A DNA stretch of 64,000 nt from Nitrososphaerota archaeon (lineage in GTDB: Archaea > Thermoproteota > Nitrososphaeria > Nitrososphaerales > Gagatemarchaeaceae): positions 22,832 to 86,831 of the forward strand of contig DAHVLJ010000005.1 of the NCBI GenBank assembly GCA_027320425.1, in the 5' to 3' direction. Shown piece after piece: positions 10,580-20,092 of the stretch. Within the stretch, counting starts at the first letter, position 1, and every line of letters starts with the position of its first letter. A program made the translations under genes and the position numbers. The notes beneath the pieces were generated by a model. The model did not search any database. It saw only the letters and a program-made list of their open reading frames with translations, and had not been told where the DNA came from.

Positions 10580-11179
10580 TCAGACCTTTCTTCTGACCAC
10601 AAGGTTGCCTGGTCCGAGCGGGGCTACCACTTCGAACCCCTCCTCCTTGAACATCCTGGCGGTTCCACGGTGGAGTGCCAAGCCCTCTTTGCGGGTTGAC
10701 GGATAAGCTTCGACCACCCCTCCTCCCTCTTTGCGTATCGCATCCATGGCAGCGCGAAGGCCGAGCTTGGCTATCCCTTGCTTGCGCTGCCTCTTGTCTA
10801 CACAGAAGCAGGTGATCCTCCAAAGTCTCGCCCCTTTACTGGCAGAGGGTATTCTGCGATACTTCGCCGCATTGTCGATCCGCGGAAACTCCTCCCCCAG
10901 ACCAAACTGACACCAGCCTACCGGGTCACCGTCGAGAAACACGAGCACGCCGTGCGAACGCCCACCCTTCACAAGGGCCTTCTGTTCCCGAAAGTTCTTT
11001 TCGTTGCGCTCTTTCGACGTCAGGGCCTCATCTTCTTTTGGCCTGGGCCCCGGGCGGTGGAACCACATGCATTGGCAGCTACTCCATTCGCCAGGCTTGC
11101 GGAAGAAGCGCTCGAAGTCTTTCCAGGTCTCTTGAGACAGCTCTCTGGCCGAGTATTCCGGCGGTGCCAACAGTCCCAA
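10580..11179 (-). CDS. GNAT family acetyltransferase (Cys-containing subgroup)
   Basis: CQCMWFH, VGWCQFG, ITCFCVDKRQRKQGIA, VEAYP. Confidence 0.8.
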   Translation of the reverse strand: MGLLAPPEYSARELSQETWKDFERFFRKPGEWSSCQCMWFHRPGPRPKEDEALTSKERNEKNFREQKALVKGGRSHGVLVFLDGDPVGWCQFGLGEEFPRIDNAAKYRRIPSASKGARLWRITCFCVDKRQRKQGIAKLGLRAAMDAIRKEGGGVVEAYPSTRKEGLALHRGTARMFKEEGFEVVAPLGPGNLVVRRKV

Positions 11180-11240
11180 ACGTCTCGCTTTGCCGTTTAA
11201 GCCTTGGCGAGATACTCTGGTGACCTGATTCTATCTCGGC

Positions 11241-12071
11241 TCAGCCGCTCTTTGCCGCCGCGGGCTTGATGTAACTGTAGTATGTGTCGTAGTATCTTCC
11301 GTACCCGATTACCCCGTTGTGGTCCACATCGAAAACAGCCGGCTCGATATAGAGCTGCCCGCTCGCATCGGACGAAAGCGAAAGCATCGGGATTGCGTTC
11401 GTAGGTGCGGGCTGGAGCGACGCCGGGCCTGCTATGGAGAGGCCATCCGGGATCCGATAGATGCTGCCGTGACAGGGGCACTGAAACGTTTCATCGACCT
11501 TTGACGTCGAGTGCTCCGGGTCGTAGTTGGGGCTGCACCACAGATGGACGCAGACTTCGCTGAACGCCACGAAGGCCGTCGCATCGGTGTTGGTCCCTCC
11601 CACGTCTGCCGGCAGCCGAATTACCCGCCATTTGACAAACGTGTCCGGGTTCTGAGAGTCAAGGGTGAGGTTCCCCGACGAGGGATAAGTGACCAGCCAA
11701 GCCGTGTTCGGAGGAAACGTCTCGAGATCAGTGGTGTTGATCGGCTTCCCCGACGCCTGCCCGTTGGTCGCGTTGATGTCGGCGACCACCTTCTGGAGCG
11801 TCGGCTCCACCTTCGCCGATACCGATGATGAGAGATACTGACCCCAGGGGACGAAGGGAGCAATCGAAAGGGCGGCGCCGACCACAAACAGAGCTTTTAC
11901 GAATCTCCTCCTCCCTTTGGCCGCAGAGGATGCCTGAGGTAGGAGTGGGGCAGGCTTAGGCGGGGTCGGAGCTAGAACCTTGGTCGGAGGTGGGGGGCTG
12001 GGGCGGGCGATCGGCTCGCTCTCGCGTCTAGCCGGCTTTTCTCGAGTCTCATCCGACATCCTATCGTCCAT
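11241..12071 (-). CDS. Membrane-anchored Rieske [2Fe-2S] protein (SoxL/bc-complex type)
   Basis: Tat-like GRRRFVK + TM helix; CVHLWC and CPCHGSIY boxes; start at 12071 or 12059. Confidence 0.9.
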   Translation of the reverse strand: MDDRMSDETREKPARRESEPIARPSPPPPTKVLAPTPPKPAPLLPQASSAAKGRRRFVKALFVVGAALSIAPFVPWGQYLSSSVSAKVEPTLQKVVADINATNGQASGKPINTTDLETFPPNTAWLVTYPSSGNLTLDSQNPDTFVKWRVIRLPADVGGTNTDATAFVAFSEVCVHLWCSPNYDPEHSTSKVDETFQCPCHGSIYRIPDGLSIAGPASLQPAPTNAIPMLSLSSDASGQLYIEPAVFDVDHNGVIGYGRYYDTYYSYIKPAAAKSG

Positions 12072-12191
12072 CCTTTCCTGGGAACTTCTGTGAATCGCGC
12101 TTTTCCGTTCGGTACACCTTGAGAACTCCTCCTATCTCGGGTGTCGCGACCGTCCAAACTGTATAAACAGAGAGTAGCTACTGCTCGTTAC

Positions 12192-13100
12192 CTACAGCTT
12201 CTTTGTCTTCCTTCCCGCAGTTCCCCTTTGGGGGACGGGCTTGGACTGCGCCCACAGATACTCGAAGAACATCCGGAACGCCTCCGAAAACCTCGCGTCC
12301 TCAAAGACGACATACGCGTCCTCATCCGAATCCAGGGATTCAGACGCTTCGTCGAACCTTGCGCCGAGCACGGTCACGGATCTGTCGATGAGTGTGAAAC
12401 GCAGCCTGACGCCCTCCAAGTGCCTGAGCTGGACGATCCCTGCAAGCCGCCGGGCATAGCTTCTGTTCCTTGGGTTGACTTCGCATATCATCCTGATGGA
12501 TACGCCCCTGGACTTCGCCCTCGCGTATTCCTCATCGGTCCCCGCGAGCATCGTGCGGACGACCCCGCCAGGCGAGACTATCCTCAAAATCTCGTTCTCG
12601 GCGCGCCCTGCCAGTCTGGCTATCTCGTCATAGTACTTCTTTCGGCCCCGGACCAGCCTGTATGACCCTTCCCCGGTAGCCTCACGCCTCAGCAGCCGGG
12701 TGTTCGCCGAGTTCCCGAGCTTCTCCAACTTGGAAAGCACGCCGCGTGACTGGAGCTTGAAAGCTGCGAGCTTTACCTCCTCCTTGCGGACTAGCGTTGA
12801 AAGCGCGGTGTTGGGGTCGACGGCCGCGTATCTCTTTGGCCGGTCCAGGTAGGTCTCAAGCAGGCCAGCCCTTCCCAGATCGTGGAGTTTTCTGTAGATC
12901 TCGACCCTGTGGAGTCCCATGCCCTTTGAGATGGCGCTGACGGGGGACGCTCCGTTTGCCAAGAGGTAGATGTACACCCGAGCCTCGTTCAACGTCAGGC
13001 CGCAGGACTGCAGCTCGACGGCGAGGCCATCGAGGAACTCGTCTTCCGACCACCCTTCTCTGGCGGAACGGGCGGATGACACATCTGCGGCGTTAGACAT
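12192..13100 (-). CDS. TrmB family transcriptional regulator
   Basis: GLTLNEARVYIYLL...Y..L..L..AGLL...RPKRYAA wHTH, followed by C-terminal effector domain; start likely ATG 13100. Confidence 0.88.
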   Translation of the reverse strand: MSNAADVSSARSAREGWSEDEFLDGLAVELQSCGLTLNEARVYIYLLANGASPVSAISKGMGLHRVEIYRKLHDLGRAGLLETYLDRPKRYAAVDPNTALSTLVRKEEVKLAAFKLQSRGVLSKLEKLGNSANTRLLRREATGEGSYRLVRGRKKYYDEIARLAGRAENEILRIVSPGGVVRTMLAGTDEEYARAKSRGVSIRMICEVNPRNRSYARRLAGIVQLRHLEGVRLRFTLIDRSVTVLGARFDEASESLDSDEDAYVVFEDARFSEAFRMFFEYLWAQSKPVPQRGTAGRKTKKL

Positions 13101-13378
13101 CACTTGATCACTTTCCCGCTGGCCGTCAGTGACCGTGCTTGGCACGGGCTTTCGAAGAAGCGACAGACGTCCCACTTGGTCGGGCGGCCCCGGGCCCAGA
13201 CGCACTTTCTAGCATCGTACCTTGGAAGCAACATCGCATTGTAGGTAACAACGCGTGATTATTCCTGGCTTATACATCCTACTCTGGCCATCAGACCGTT
13301 GAGTGCGACACGCGGGGAGAGACTTCAGCGCGCAGCTGGTAGCTCGATCCCAAGCAGCCGCTTGGAGGCGAGCTGAGA

Positions 13379-13636
13379 TTGGACCGCTCGGTCTTCGGGT
13401 ACGTGCTCGGGATGGCCGTGGTCGGAGTCGCCGTGCTGGTTCTCGCCGCTTCGATTCTGCTGGTCATCCCGCTGTTCTTCTACGCCTCGTTTCCGTTGGG
13501 AACGTTTGGTCTCATCATCGCAGCGCTGGGCCTGAGAGACGGGGATCACCCGCGAGGACAGGGGCGGCTGCACGAGTTCTCGGGCGGAATCGGACTAAGG
13601 GCCCATCAGAAGCAGAATCGACGACAGGACGCATAA
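13379..13636 (+). CDS. Small hypothetical membrane protein
   Basis: 85-aa ORF with two hydrophobic segments. Confidence 0.5.
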   Translation: MDRSVFGYVLGMAVVGVAVLVLAASILLVIPLFFYASFPLGTFGLIIAALGLRDGDHPRGQGRLHEFSGGIGLRAHQKQNRRQDA

Positions 13637-13811
13637 CTCACGTCGTCAGACTCGGTCAGGTAGAGGGACGCCTTCCAGAAGGCCTCTCATCTAGCCGACC
13701 ACGCTCGATCTCATACCCAATTTTGAACTCTGGTTCTCTGGATCTGCACGGAATTTGCACATAAATCTGAAACAGGCTTATTGACAGACGACCGCTAGCC
13801 GGACTCGAGAA

Positions 13812-14783
13812 ATGAAAACGAACACTTCGAAGAACCAAGCAATCTCAACATCGGTTGTCGCCGCAGTTGTGATAGTCGTAGTCTTGGTCGTCGGCGTTGG
13901 CTCGTACTACTACCTGAGCAGCTCTGCTCCGTCGAGTACCACCAGCACCACGAACACTACGAGCACCACTGCCTCATCAACATCGCAGCAGTATTCAGTT
14001 CAGATCGGGACCAGCACCACAATCGGGCATTACCTGGAGAACGGGACAGGGTTCACCCTGTACATGTTCGGGGCCGACAAACCCGGAAACGGAATCAGCA
14101 CATGCACCGGTTCCTGTGCGGCCGCCTGGCCACCATTCTACGCAAGCAGCCTGACTCTACCATCAGGCCTCAGCGCGTCCAACTTCTCGACCATCACTCG
14201 ACCAGACGGGACCAAACAGACCGCGTTCAACGGATGGCCCCTCTACTACTACACCGCTGACACGAGCGCAGGAAGCATGTACGGCGAGGGGCTGAACCAG
14301 TTCGGAGGTCTATGGTACGCCATTCCGCCTACCCTGCAGCTGTCAGGAGGTCAGATAGTAGGAGGATCGTCCTACAGCATAGGCGTGGCTTACAAACCAT
14401 CCGTAGGCATCTATCTGACGAACAGCACAGGATACACACTGTACTTCCGATCGACCGACACACCTAACAGCGGTACCACGACCTGCACCACTCCGGTCTG
14501 CGAGAAGAACTGGCCGGTGTTCTATACACCGACGATCACCGTGGCGCCAGGCCTCAGCAGCACCAGCTTCGGGACCATAACTCCATACAACAGCACCAAG
14601 ATAGTCACCTACGACGGCTACGCCCTGTTCTACTGGGCAGGTGACACCCTTCCGGGAGACACATCAGGGCAGGGAGTCGGGGGCTTCTACGTGGCCACGG
14701 TCCCATCGCCTGTAGTCCCAACTGCAACGACCACCACAACGACTTCGTCCCAGACATCGACATCCTCGGGTTACTACCCGTAG
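13812..14783 (+). CDS. Membrane-anchored secreted repeat protein (Lipoprotein_15/COG4315-like)
   Basis: N-terminal TM, Ser/Thr linker, duplicated TLYxFxxD..C...C...WP and Q/I.T.F/Y.G.PLYY..D...G.G units. Confidence 0.8.
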   Translation: MKTNTSKNQAISTSVVAAVVIVVVLVVGVGSYYYLSSSAPSSTTSTTNTTSTTASSTSQQYSVQIGTSTTIGHYLENGTGFTLYMFGADKPGNGISTCTGSCAAAWPPFYASSLTLPSGLSASNFSTITRPDGTKQTAFNGWPLYYYTADTSAGSMYGEGLNQFGGLWYAIPPTLQLSGGQIVGGSSYSIGVAYKPSVGIYLTNSTGYTLYFRSTDTPNSGTTTCTTPVCEKNWPVFYTPTITVAPGLSSTSFGTITPYNSTKIVTYDGYALFYWAGDTLPGDTSGQGVGGFYVATVPSPVVPTATTTTTTSSQTSTSSGYYP

Positions 14784-14924
14784 GATAAGCGGTCAACATG
14801 GCGCCGATGACTCCCTTTCGGTGTCGTCCGCCTTGACCCTTAGCCACATCCAGACGCGCAGAGCCAAGCTCTGCGCGCAACCCCCTTTATACCGGACAAC
14901 ATTCCAACTCAGTCCAAGCAGAGG

Positions 14925-15245
14925 TTGTCCTTCGATTCCTTCAGGCACATGCTGTGGTGGGTCTTCGTCGTTTCCAAAGGTGGCAGGACAAGGAAATCTA
15001 TGGTCGACCTGTTAATGTCCTCGCCCATGAACGCGAACCAGCTTGCGAGCACGCTGTCACTCAACTACAGGACGGTGTCGCATCACCTGAAGGTTCTCGC
15101 AGAGAGCAACCTGGTAGAAGCAGAAGGTCCCCGATATGGACAGGTGTACTTTCCAACTTCGCTGTTGACAAGCAACATCGCCGTCTATCACGAAGTGGTT
15201 AACGCTAAGAATACTGAGGGCCAGGCGAGGAGGATGGTCGAATGA
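14925..15245 (+). CDS. ArsR-like winged-helix regulator
   Basis: SKGG.TR..M..LL..PMNANQLA..L.LNYRTV.HHL.VL...NLV....RYG..YF. Confidence 0.85.
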   Translation: MSFDSFRHMLWWVFVVSKGGRTRKSMVDLLMSSPMNANQLASTLSLNYRTVSHHLKVLAESNLVEAEGPRYGQVYFPTSLLTSNIAVYHEVVNAKNTEGQARRMVE

Positions 15246-15532
15246 TTCCGGGACCTGTATGGTTGGTCGACATAGTCCTAGCTACCGTCGGCTCAGTGTT
15301 CGCCCTTGCGCTATTTGTCTTCTATTCCAGGCTCGCAAGAGAGCGGACGTCCCGGTTTACTCTCGGACTCGCCGTCTTCTCCCTCATGTTCCTGATTCAG
15401 AACCTCGCCGCGGCGCTCTTTTACTTCAGATTCGCTTCGACCTACTCCGCCGACGTGGCCCTCCCCCTGATGGCGCTCCACACCATGGAACTGGTTGGCA
15501 TGGGCGCCATGCTGTGGCTGGCGAGCCAGTAG
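15242..15532 (+). CDS. Small 3-TM membrane protein coupled to the ArsR-like gene
   Basis: 4-nt ATGA overlap with upstream gene; SRFTLGL..F...F..QN pattern. Confidence 0.75.
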   Translation: MIPGPVWLVDIVLATVGSVFALALFVFYSRLARERTSRFTLGLAVFSLMFLIQNLAAALFYFRFASTYSADVALPLMALHTMELVGMGAMLWLASQ

Positions 15533-15570
15533 CAAGCGCTGAAACATTCCGTCTGGCTCGGTCACAAAGG

Positions 15571-15660
15571 CGGGCCCGGTGGGATTTGAACCCACGACCT
15601 ACAGCTCACTCCACTCATGTGTAGAAGGCTGCCACGCTATCCGTACTGCGCTACGGGCCC
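15571..15660 (-). tRNA. tRNA-Arg(TCT) with 15-nt intron at 37/38 (intron 15607-15621)
   Basis: GGGCCCG acceptor, anticodon stem GCAGC/GCTGT, T-loop TTCAAAT; BHB with CTTC/GGAG helix and TAC, TGA bulges. Confidence 0.95.
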
Positions 15661-15778
15661 AACCGGCATCGACCCGGGTTTCGTCATAAGCTTTTGCCGG
15701 GAAGCTGAGGGTTTCATGGCCCGTCTCTAGCGGTGGAAATCGGAAGGTTTTATCCAGTCAACCTCTCATCGTCGGCCG

Positions 15779-17152
15779 TTGGCCGCACCCCAACAGCGGC
15801 TCTTCGGGACTAACGGAGTGAGGTTCGTCCCTGGCGTCTCGCACGACCTCGACTTCGTGATCGGCCTCAGCGAAGCCGTCGGGACATACTTCGCTTCAGG
15901 TGAAGTCCTCGTGGGAAGGGATGGACGCCTGTCTGGCCAAGCTGTATCCAACGCTGTTGTTTCGGGCCTCCTCAGCTCTGGCCGCGACGTCGCAGAAGCA
16001 GGCCTCGTGCCGACGCCAGCTCTACAGTACGCGGTCAAGGCTCTTGGATTCAGGGGCGGGGTCATGGTCACCGCATCTCACAATCCTGCGAAGTACAACG
16101 GCGTGAAGGTGTCCGGCTCTGACGGGGTCGAGGTGCCTCGGTTAGACGAGCAGAAGATCGAGAAGATCTTCTACGACAAGTCTCAGACCAAAGCTGACTG
16201 GAAGACCGTCGGGGTCGCACGCCAGGAAGCTTCAGTGGTCAGGGCATATCAGAAGGGTGTCCTCTCGAAAGTGAATGCGAAAGCGGTCGCGGAACGCAAG
16301 TTCACCGTCGTCATGGACCTAGGCAACGGCGCCCAGTCGGTCGCAGCCCCTTACATCGTGGAGTCTCTCGGGTGCAAGCTCATCACTCTGAACTCGGTGG
16401 TTGACGGAACTTTCCCAGGCAGGGGACCTGAACCTACCCCCGACACGCTCAAAGATCTCTCGGCCGCCGTGAGGTCGGTCGGGGCAGACCTTGGGGTGGC
16501 ATATGACGGTGACGGAGACAGGTCGATCTTCTGCGACGAGTCGGGAGCGGTACTCTGGGGGGACCAGAGCGGGTGCCTGGTCGCGGACTTCGTGCTGGAA
16601 AAGAACCCTGGGAACACCTTGGTGACGTCGGTTGCGTCCACTCAAGCGATTGAGGCGATCGCAAAGAAACACAATGCACGAGTCCTGAGGACGAAGGTCG
16701 GGGCGGTCGAGATAGCGAGGACCATAATCGAAAGGAACGCTATTTTCGGGTTCGAGGAGAACGGCGGATGCATCTACCAGCCCCACATCTCAGTAAGGGA
16801 TGGTGCGATGACCACCGCGCTGATGCTAGAGTGCCTCGCGAACAGAGGCATGTCCTTCTCGAAGGCTCTGGCGTTCGTCGTCCCGAAGTATCATCAGGCG
16901 AAGGCCAAGGTAGAGGTGAACCCGAAGAAGACCGAAGCGGCACTAAAGGCGGCGGAGAAGCAAGCGAAGGGCGAGTTCGAGATCGAGAAGGTTGACGGCG
17001 TAAAGATATGGATGGACAAACATTCATGGGTGCTGATCAGGGCGAGCGGGACCGAACCAATCGTCCGAGTCTTCTCCGAGTCAGAGACTCAGGACGGCGC
17101 CGACCAGCTCGTAAGGAAGTTCGCGAAGATCGTAAAAACTGCTTCAGCGTAG
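15779..17152 (+). CDS. Phosphohexomutase (phosphoglucosamine mutase / PMM-PGM family)
   Basis: LFGTNGVR, TASHNP, DGDGDR, GFEENGG, RASGTEP. Confidence 0.92.
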   Translation: MAAPQQRLFGTNGVRFVPGVSHDLDFVIGLSEAVGTYFASGEVLVGRDGRLSGQAVSNAVVSGLLSSGRDVAEAGLVPTPALQYAVKALGFRGGVMVTASHNPAKYNGVKVSGSDGVEVPRLDEQKIEKIFYDKSQTKADWKTVGVARQEASVVRAYQKGVLSKVNAKAVAERKFTVVMDLGNGAQSVAAPYIVESLGCKLITLNSVVDGTFPGRGPEPTPDTLKDLSAAVRSVGADLGVAYDGDGDRSIFCDESGAVLWGDQSGCLVADFVLEKNPGNTLVTSVASTQAIEAIAKKHNARVLRTKVGAVEIARTIIERNAIFGFEENGGCIYQPHISVRDGAMTTALMLECLANRGMSFSKALAFVVPKYHQAKAKVEVNPKKTEAALKAAEKQAKGEFEIEKVDGVKIWMDKHSWVLIRASGTEPIVRVFSESETQDGADQLVRKFAKIVKTASA

Positions 17153-18100
17153 ATGGGTCCATCCGAGGTCCAATATGGGCCTGGAGCCTGTGGCGCGGGT
17201 CTGCACCACTTCCTCCTCTTTCGTCGCAGATCCTATCTCCAGTAGCATCCCACCCGCCTTTCTCACGGCGGACGAAGCCGACCGAAGCTTGGATCTTCTG
17301 ACCGTCCCCACTATGAGGTATTCTTCTCCCCCCTCCAAGACAAGCTTCTCAGGGTCGAGTCGGTTCCGAAGCGCGAATTCCCTGACGCCCTCTCCCATAG
17401 GGAGGCGGCTCACCTCGAACCCGACTCCGCTAGCCTTCGCAAGGGTGTGGACGCTCCTTGCAAGGCCGTCGCTCGAGTCCATGGATGACGTGAGGTATGG
17501 GGCGAGGGCGAGTCCGGCTTCAAGGTCGGGCGTCGGTTCCAGGACGCTCCTGACCGCAGCCCGCCTGTACCTCGGGTTAGCCGAAGCTCCCCTGACGAGA
17601 ATCTCCACCCCCGAGGGTGGGAGGCCGAAGGTCCCGGTCACCACAAGGACATCCCCTGGAGAGGCGCCCCCTCTTGGTACGATTCTGTCGGCGAACCCCA
17701 GCATCGCGCAGTCTATCACGAGCTCCTTTGACTCGTTCGTGTCCCCTCCCACGAAGTTGAGTTCCCACTCCCGCGCCGCGGCGCTCAACCCTCTTGCCAA
17801 CCCGTTCACCTCTTTCTGCACAACGCCTCTTCTGACTCCGATCGAAACCATGAACGAGTGGGGCCTCACCCCCTTGGCAGAGAAATCGCTCACGCACATC
17901 GCCACCGCTTTCCTCGCCGCTTGGCCGTAGCTCATCCCAGGGGGGACGTCGGTATGCTCGACGAGCATATCGGTTTTGAAGACTGCTTTGCCTGTCTTGA
18001 CGGGAAACACCGCTACGTCGTCTCCGAAAACGGAACGGTCTTTTGCGGTGCCTCCGAACTGCTTCGTGATCGACCGGATGATGCCCAGCTCGTCGGGCGT
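17144..18100 (-). CDS. thiL: Thiamine-monophosphate kinase
   Basis: DELGII N-terminus, FGDDVA, VGGDT, MDSSDGL, GGEEY, GWTH; frame extends upstream of the track start to an ACG at 18100. Confidence 0.92.
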   Translation of the reverse strand, partial: TPDELGIIRSITKQFGGTAKDRSVFGDDVAVFPVKTGKAVFKTDMLVEHTDVPPGMSYGQAARKAVAMCVSDFSAKGVRPHSFMVSIGVRRGVVQKEVNGLARGLSAAAREWELNFVGGDTNESKELVIDCAMLGFADRIVPRGGASPGDVLVVTGTFGLPPSGVEILVRGASANPRYRRAAVRSVLEPTPDLEAGLALAPYLTSSMDSSDGLARSVHTLAKASGVGFEVSRLPMGEGVREFALRNRLDPEKLVLEGGEEYLIVGTVRRSKLRSASSAVRKAGGMLLEIGSATKEEEVVQTRATGSRPILDLGWTHLR

Positions 18101-18101
18101 G

Positions 18102-19445
18102 CTACCTGCTCAACCCCTTCAGCTTCCTGGCGAACAGGCGTGCGATCGAACCCGCCTTCTCATCTGAGGTCGACTCTGCCGAGACCCTCACCACGTCCTC
18201 GGTCCCCGACGGCCTCATCAGGACCCAGGATTTCTTCGGCAGCATTATCTTCAGCCCGTCATTCGTATCGACGAGGTCGTATTCTCCCGAGAGCCTCCTT
18301 ATCGCCTTCAGCGCCCTCGCCTTCGGTATCTGCAGGGCCACCCTCGCCAGGCTGTAGGATGGAACCGAGTCGTAGAACTTCTTCCCCTCTGTCCGAAGCG
18401 CCCGAATTATCGCCACGGCTGCCAGCATCGAGTCCCTGCAATAGTTGAACCCCCCATCGATCACCCCTCCGCTGCTCCCCTCGCCACCAAGCCTTGCGCC
18501 GTGCGCTCTCATCGCGCCTACCACGTTCGCCTCGCCAACCTTGCTCCTGAACACCTCGCAGCCGAGGCTCCGCGCGACGTCTTCGACAGCCTGTGTCGTG
18601 TCGAGAGACACCACCACTCTCTTCTCTTTGGCACGAGAGATGAGCTCCGAGAGGGCCAGGGTGAGCATGTAGTCTCCAGTCCTCTTCCTTCCGTCAGCGT
18701 CGACGATGACCAGCCTGTCGCCGTCGCAATCGAACCCGAGCCCTATGTCGCAGCCGCTCTCCTTCACCGACGAGCGTAGCAGGCCCAGGTCGTCTGACAC
18801 CGGGTCCACCCTCCGTGGGAAGATGCCGTAGCTGTCGTTGACTGAAATCACCTCGCATCCTAAACGCGTCAACAAAGCGGAGGCGTGTGAAATCGCAGCC
18901 CCGCCGCCCAGGTCCACCGCCACCCTGACTCCCCTGCCGCTGCCTGCGCCGAACCGTTCGACCAGGTCGCCGACGTAAGTCGGACTCCCGGCGGGCTTCA
19001 CGGTTCCTTCCTTGAACTCGGCGTGCTCGTTCTTGGTCCCCGCAGTAAGGACGTCGAACGTCTCCTTGCCGATGCCTGCCCCGTCTACAATGAACTTCAG
19101 TCCGTTGAACTCAGGCTCATTATGGGAGGCGGTGACCATCACCGCAGGGAGGCTCCTCCTCCTGCTCTCTCTGAATACTGCCGGAGTCGAAATCACCCCG
19201 TACTCGTAGACCGTCGCGCCCTTGGAAAGCAACCCCGCAGCGGCCGCCCTGGACATCGAGGGTCCGGTGGTACGCGAGTCCCTGGCAAGAAGGACCTCTC
19301 GTGCCCCGGTGGCGCTTACGAAGTTCGCGGTGAACCTAGCGACGTCCTCCAGGGTGAGGTCTTCGTTGTATATCCCCCGTATCCCGCTGAGCGAAACGAT
19401 CAATTCCTTCGCGTCAGAATCCCCTTGCCCGGATAACGTAAGCAT
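18102..19445 (-). CDS. Second phosphohexomutase (PMM/PGM family)
   Basis: SLSGIRG, TASHNEP, DCDGDR, GGEGSSGG, RPSGTE. Confidence 0.9.
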   Translation of the reverse strand: MLTLSGQGDSDAKELIVSLSGIRGIYNEDLTLEDVARFTANFVSATGAREVLLARDSRTTGPSMSRAAAAGLLSKGATVYEYGVISTPAVFRESRRRSLPAVMVTASHNEPEFNGLKFIVDGAGIGKETFDVLTAGTKNEHAEFKEGTVKPAGSPTYVGDLVERFGAGSGRGVRVAVDLGGGAAISHASALLTRLGCEVISVNDSYGIFPRRVDPVSDDLGLLRSSVKESGCDIGLGFDCDGDRLVIVDADGRKRTGDYMLTLALSELISRAKEKRVVVSLDTTQAVEDVARSLGCEVFRSKVGEANVVGAMRAHGARLGGEGSSGGVIDGGFNYCRDSMLAAVAIIRALRTEGKKFYDSVPSYSLARVALQIPKARALKAIRRLSGEYDLVDTNDGLKIMLPKKSWVLMRPSGTEDVVRVSAESTSDEKAGSIARLFARKLKGLSR

Positions 19446-19564
19446 ATCTGCGGCCGCGCGCTTCGGTCAGCAGAGGCACCCCCATGTGAACCAAACTTCA
19501 CCGCAACAAGATGGTTTTTTGAGTTCCAATCTTTTGATTGTCCTGTAGCCCTTCAAATATCGTA

Positions 19565-20062
19565 ATGCTGGTTAGGACGTTCCGGGTCAGGCGCAGCGCC
19601 GCCGTAGGGGAATACAAGCTGTCTGAGGTCTTCGCTGGCCTGGGCTCATCTTCAGCCCTGCTCAAGGTGTTCGGGTCAAAGACCCAGATGGCCAAGATCA
19701 TGAACCACCTCAAGCTCAGGGTGGAGCGGAACGACTCTGGGTTATGGCTCGACAGGGACACTGGTACGATCTGCATCGGGTCCAAGCACCTCGCGTCGGC
19801 CAAGAACGACTTCCTCTACCTCGACGTCATCCACGTGCTCGTCCACGTTCGCCAGTTCCTTGAAGGGAAGGAGCTGTATGACCAGGCGTTCGAGTACGTG
19901 GACAGGCCGACCGAGCTCGAAGCCTATAGGACCACGGTGGCTGAGGCAAGGAGGGTGGGCATGGAAGAGGACGAGATCCTGAGGTATCTGAGGATGGACG
20001 CAGTCGACGACTCCGAGCTTGGCAAGCTAATGGAGAAGATCGGCGTGAAAGTTAGGCGCTGA
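19565..20062 (+). CDS. Hypothetical protein with zincin-like HxxxH...E arrangement
   Basis: YLDVIHVLVHVRQ...YVDRPTELEAY. Confidence 0.75.
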   Translation: MLVRTFRVRRSAAVGEYKLSEVFAGLGSSSALLKVFGSKTQMAKIMNHLKLRVERNDSGLWLDRDTGTICIGSKHLASAKNDFLYLDVIHVLVHVRQFLEGKELYDQAFEYVDRPTELEAYRTTVAEARRVGMEEDEILRYLRMDAVDDSELGKLMEKIGVKVRR

Positions 20063-20092
20063 ATACGCCCGTTTTCAGGCGAAAACCGCGCT

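Noticed and set aside
10512..15570. tRNA-anchored integrated element (also beside tRNA-Thr and tRNA-Leu)
   Set aside because: Gene content looks accessory, but I found no integrase or duplicated tRNA 3' end (att site) by eye
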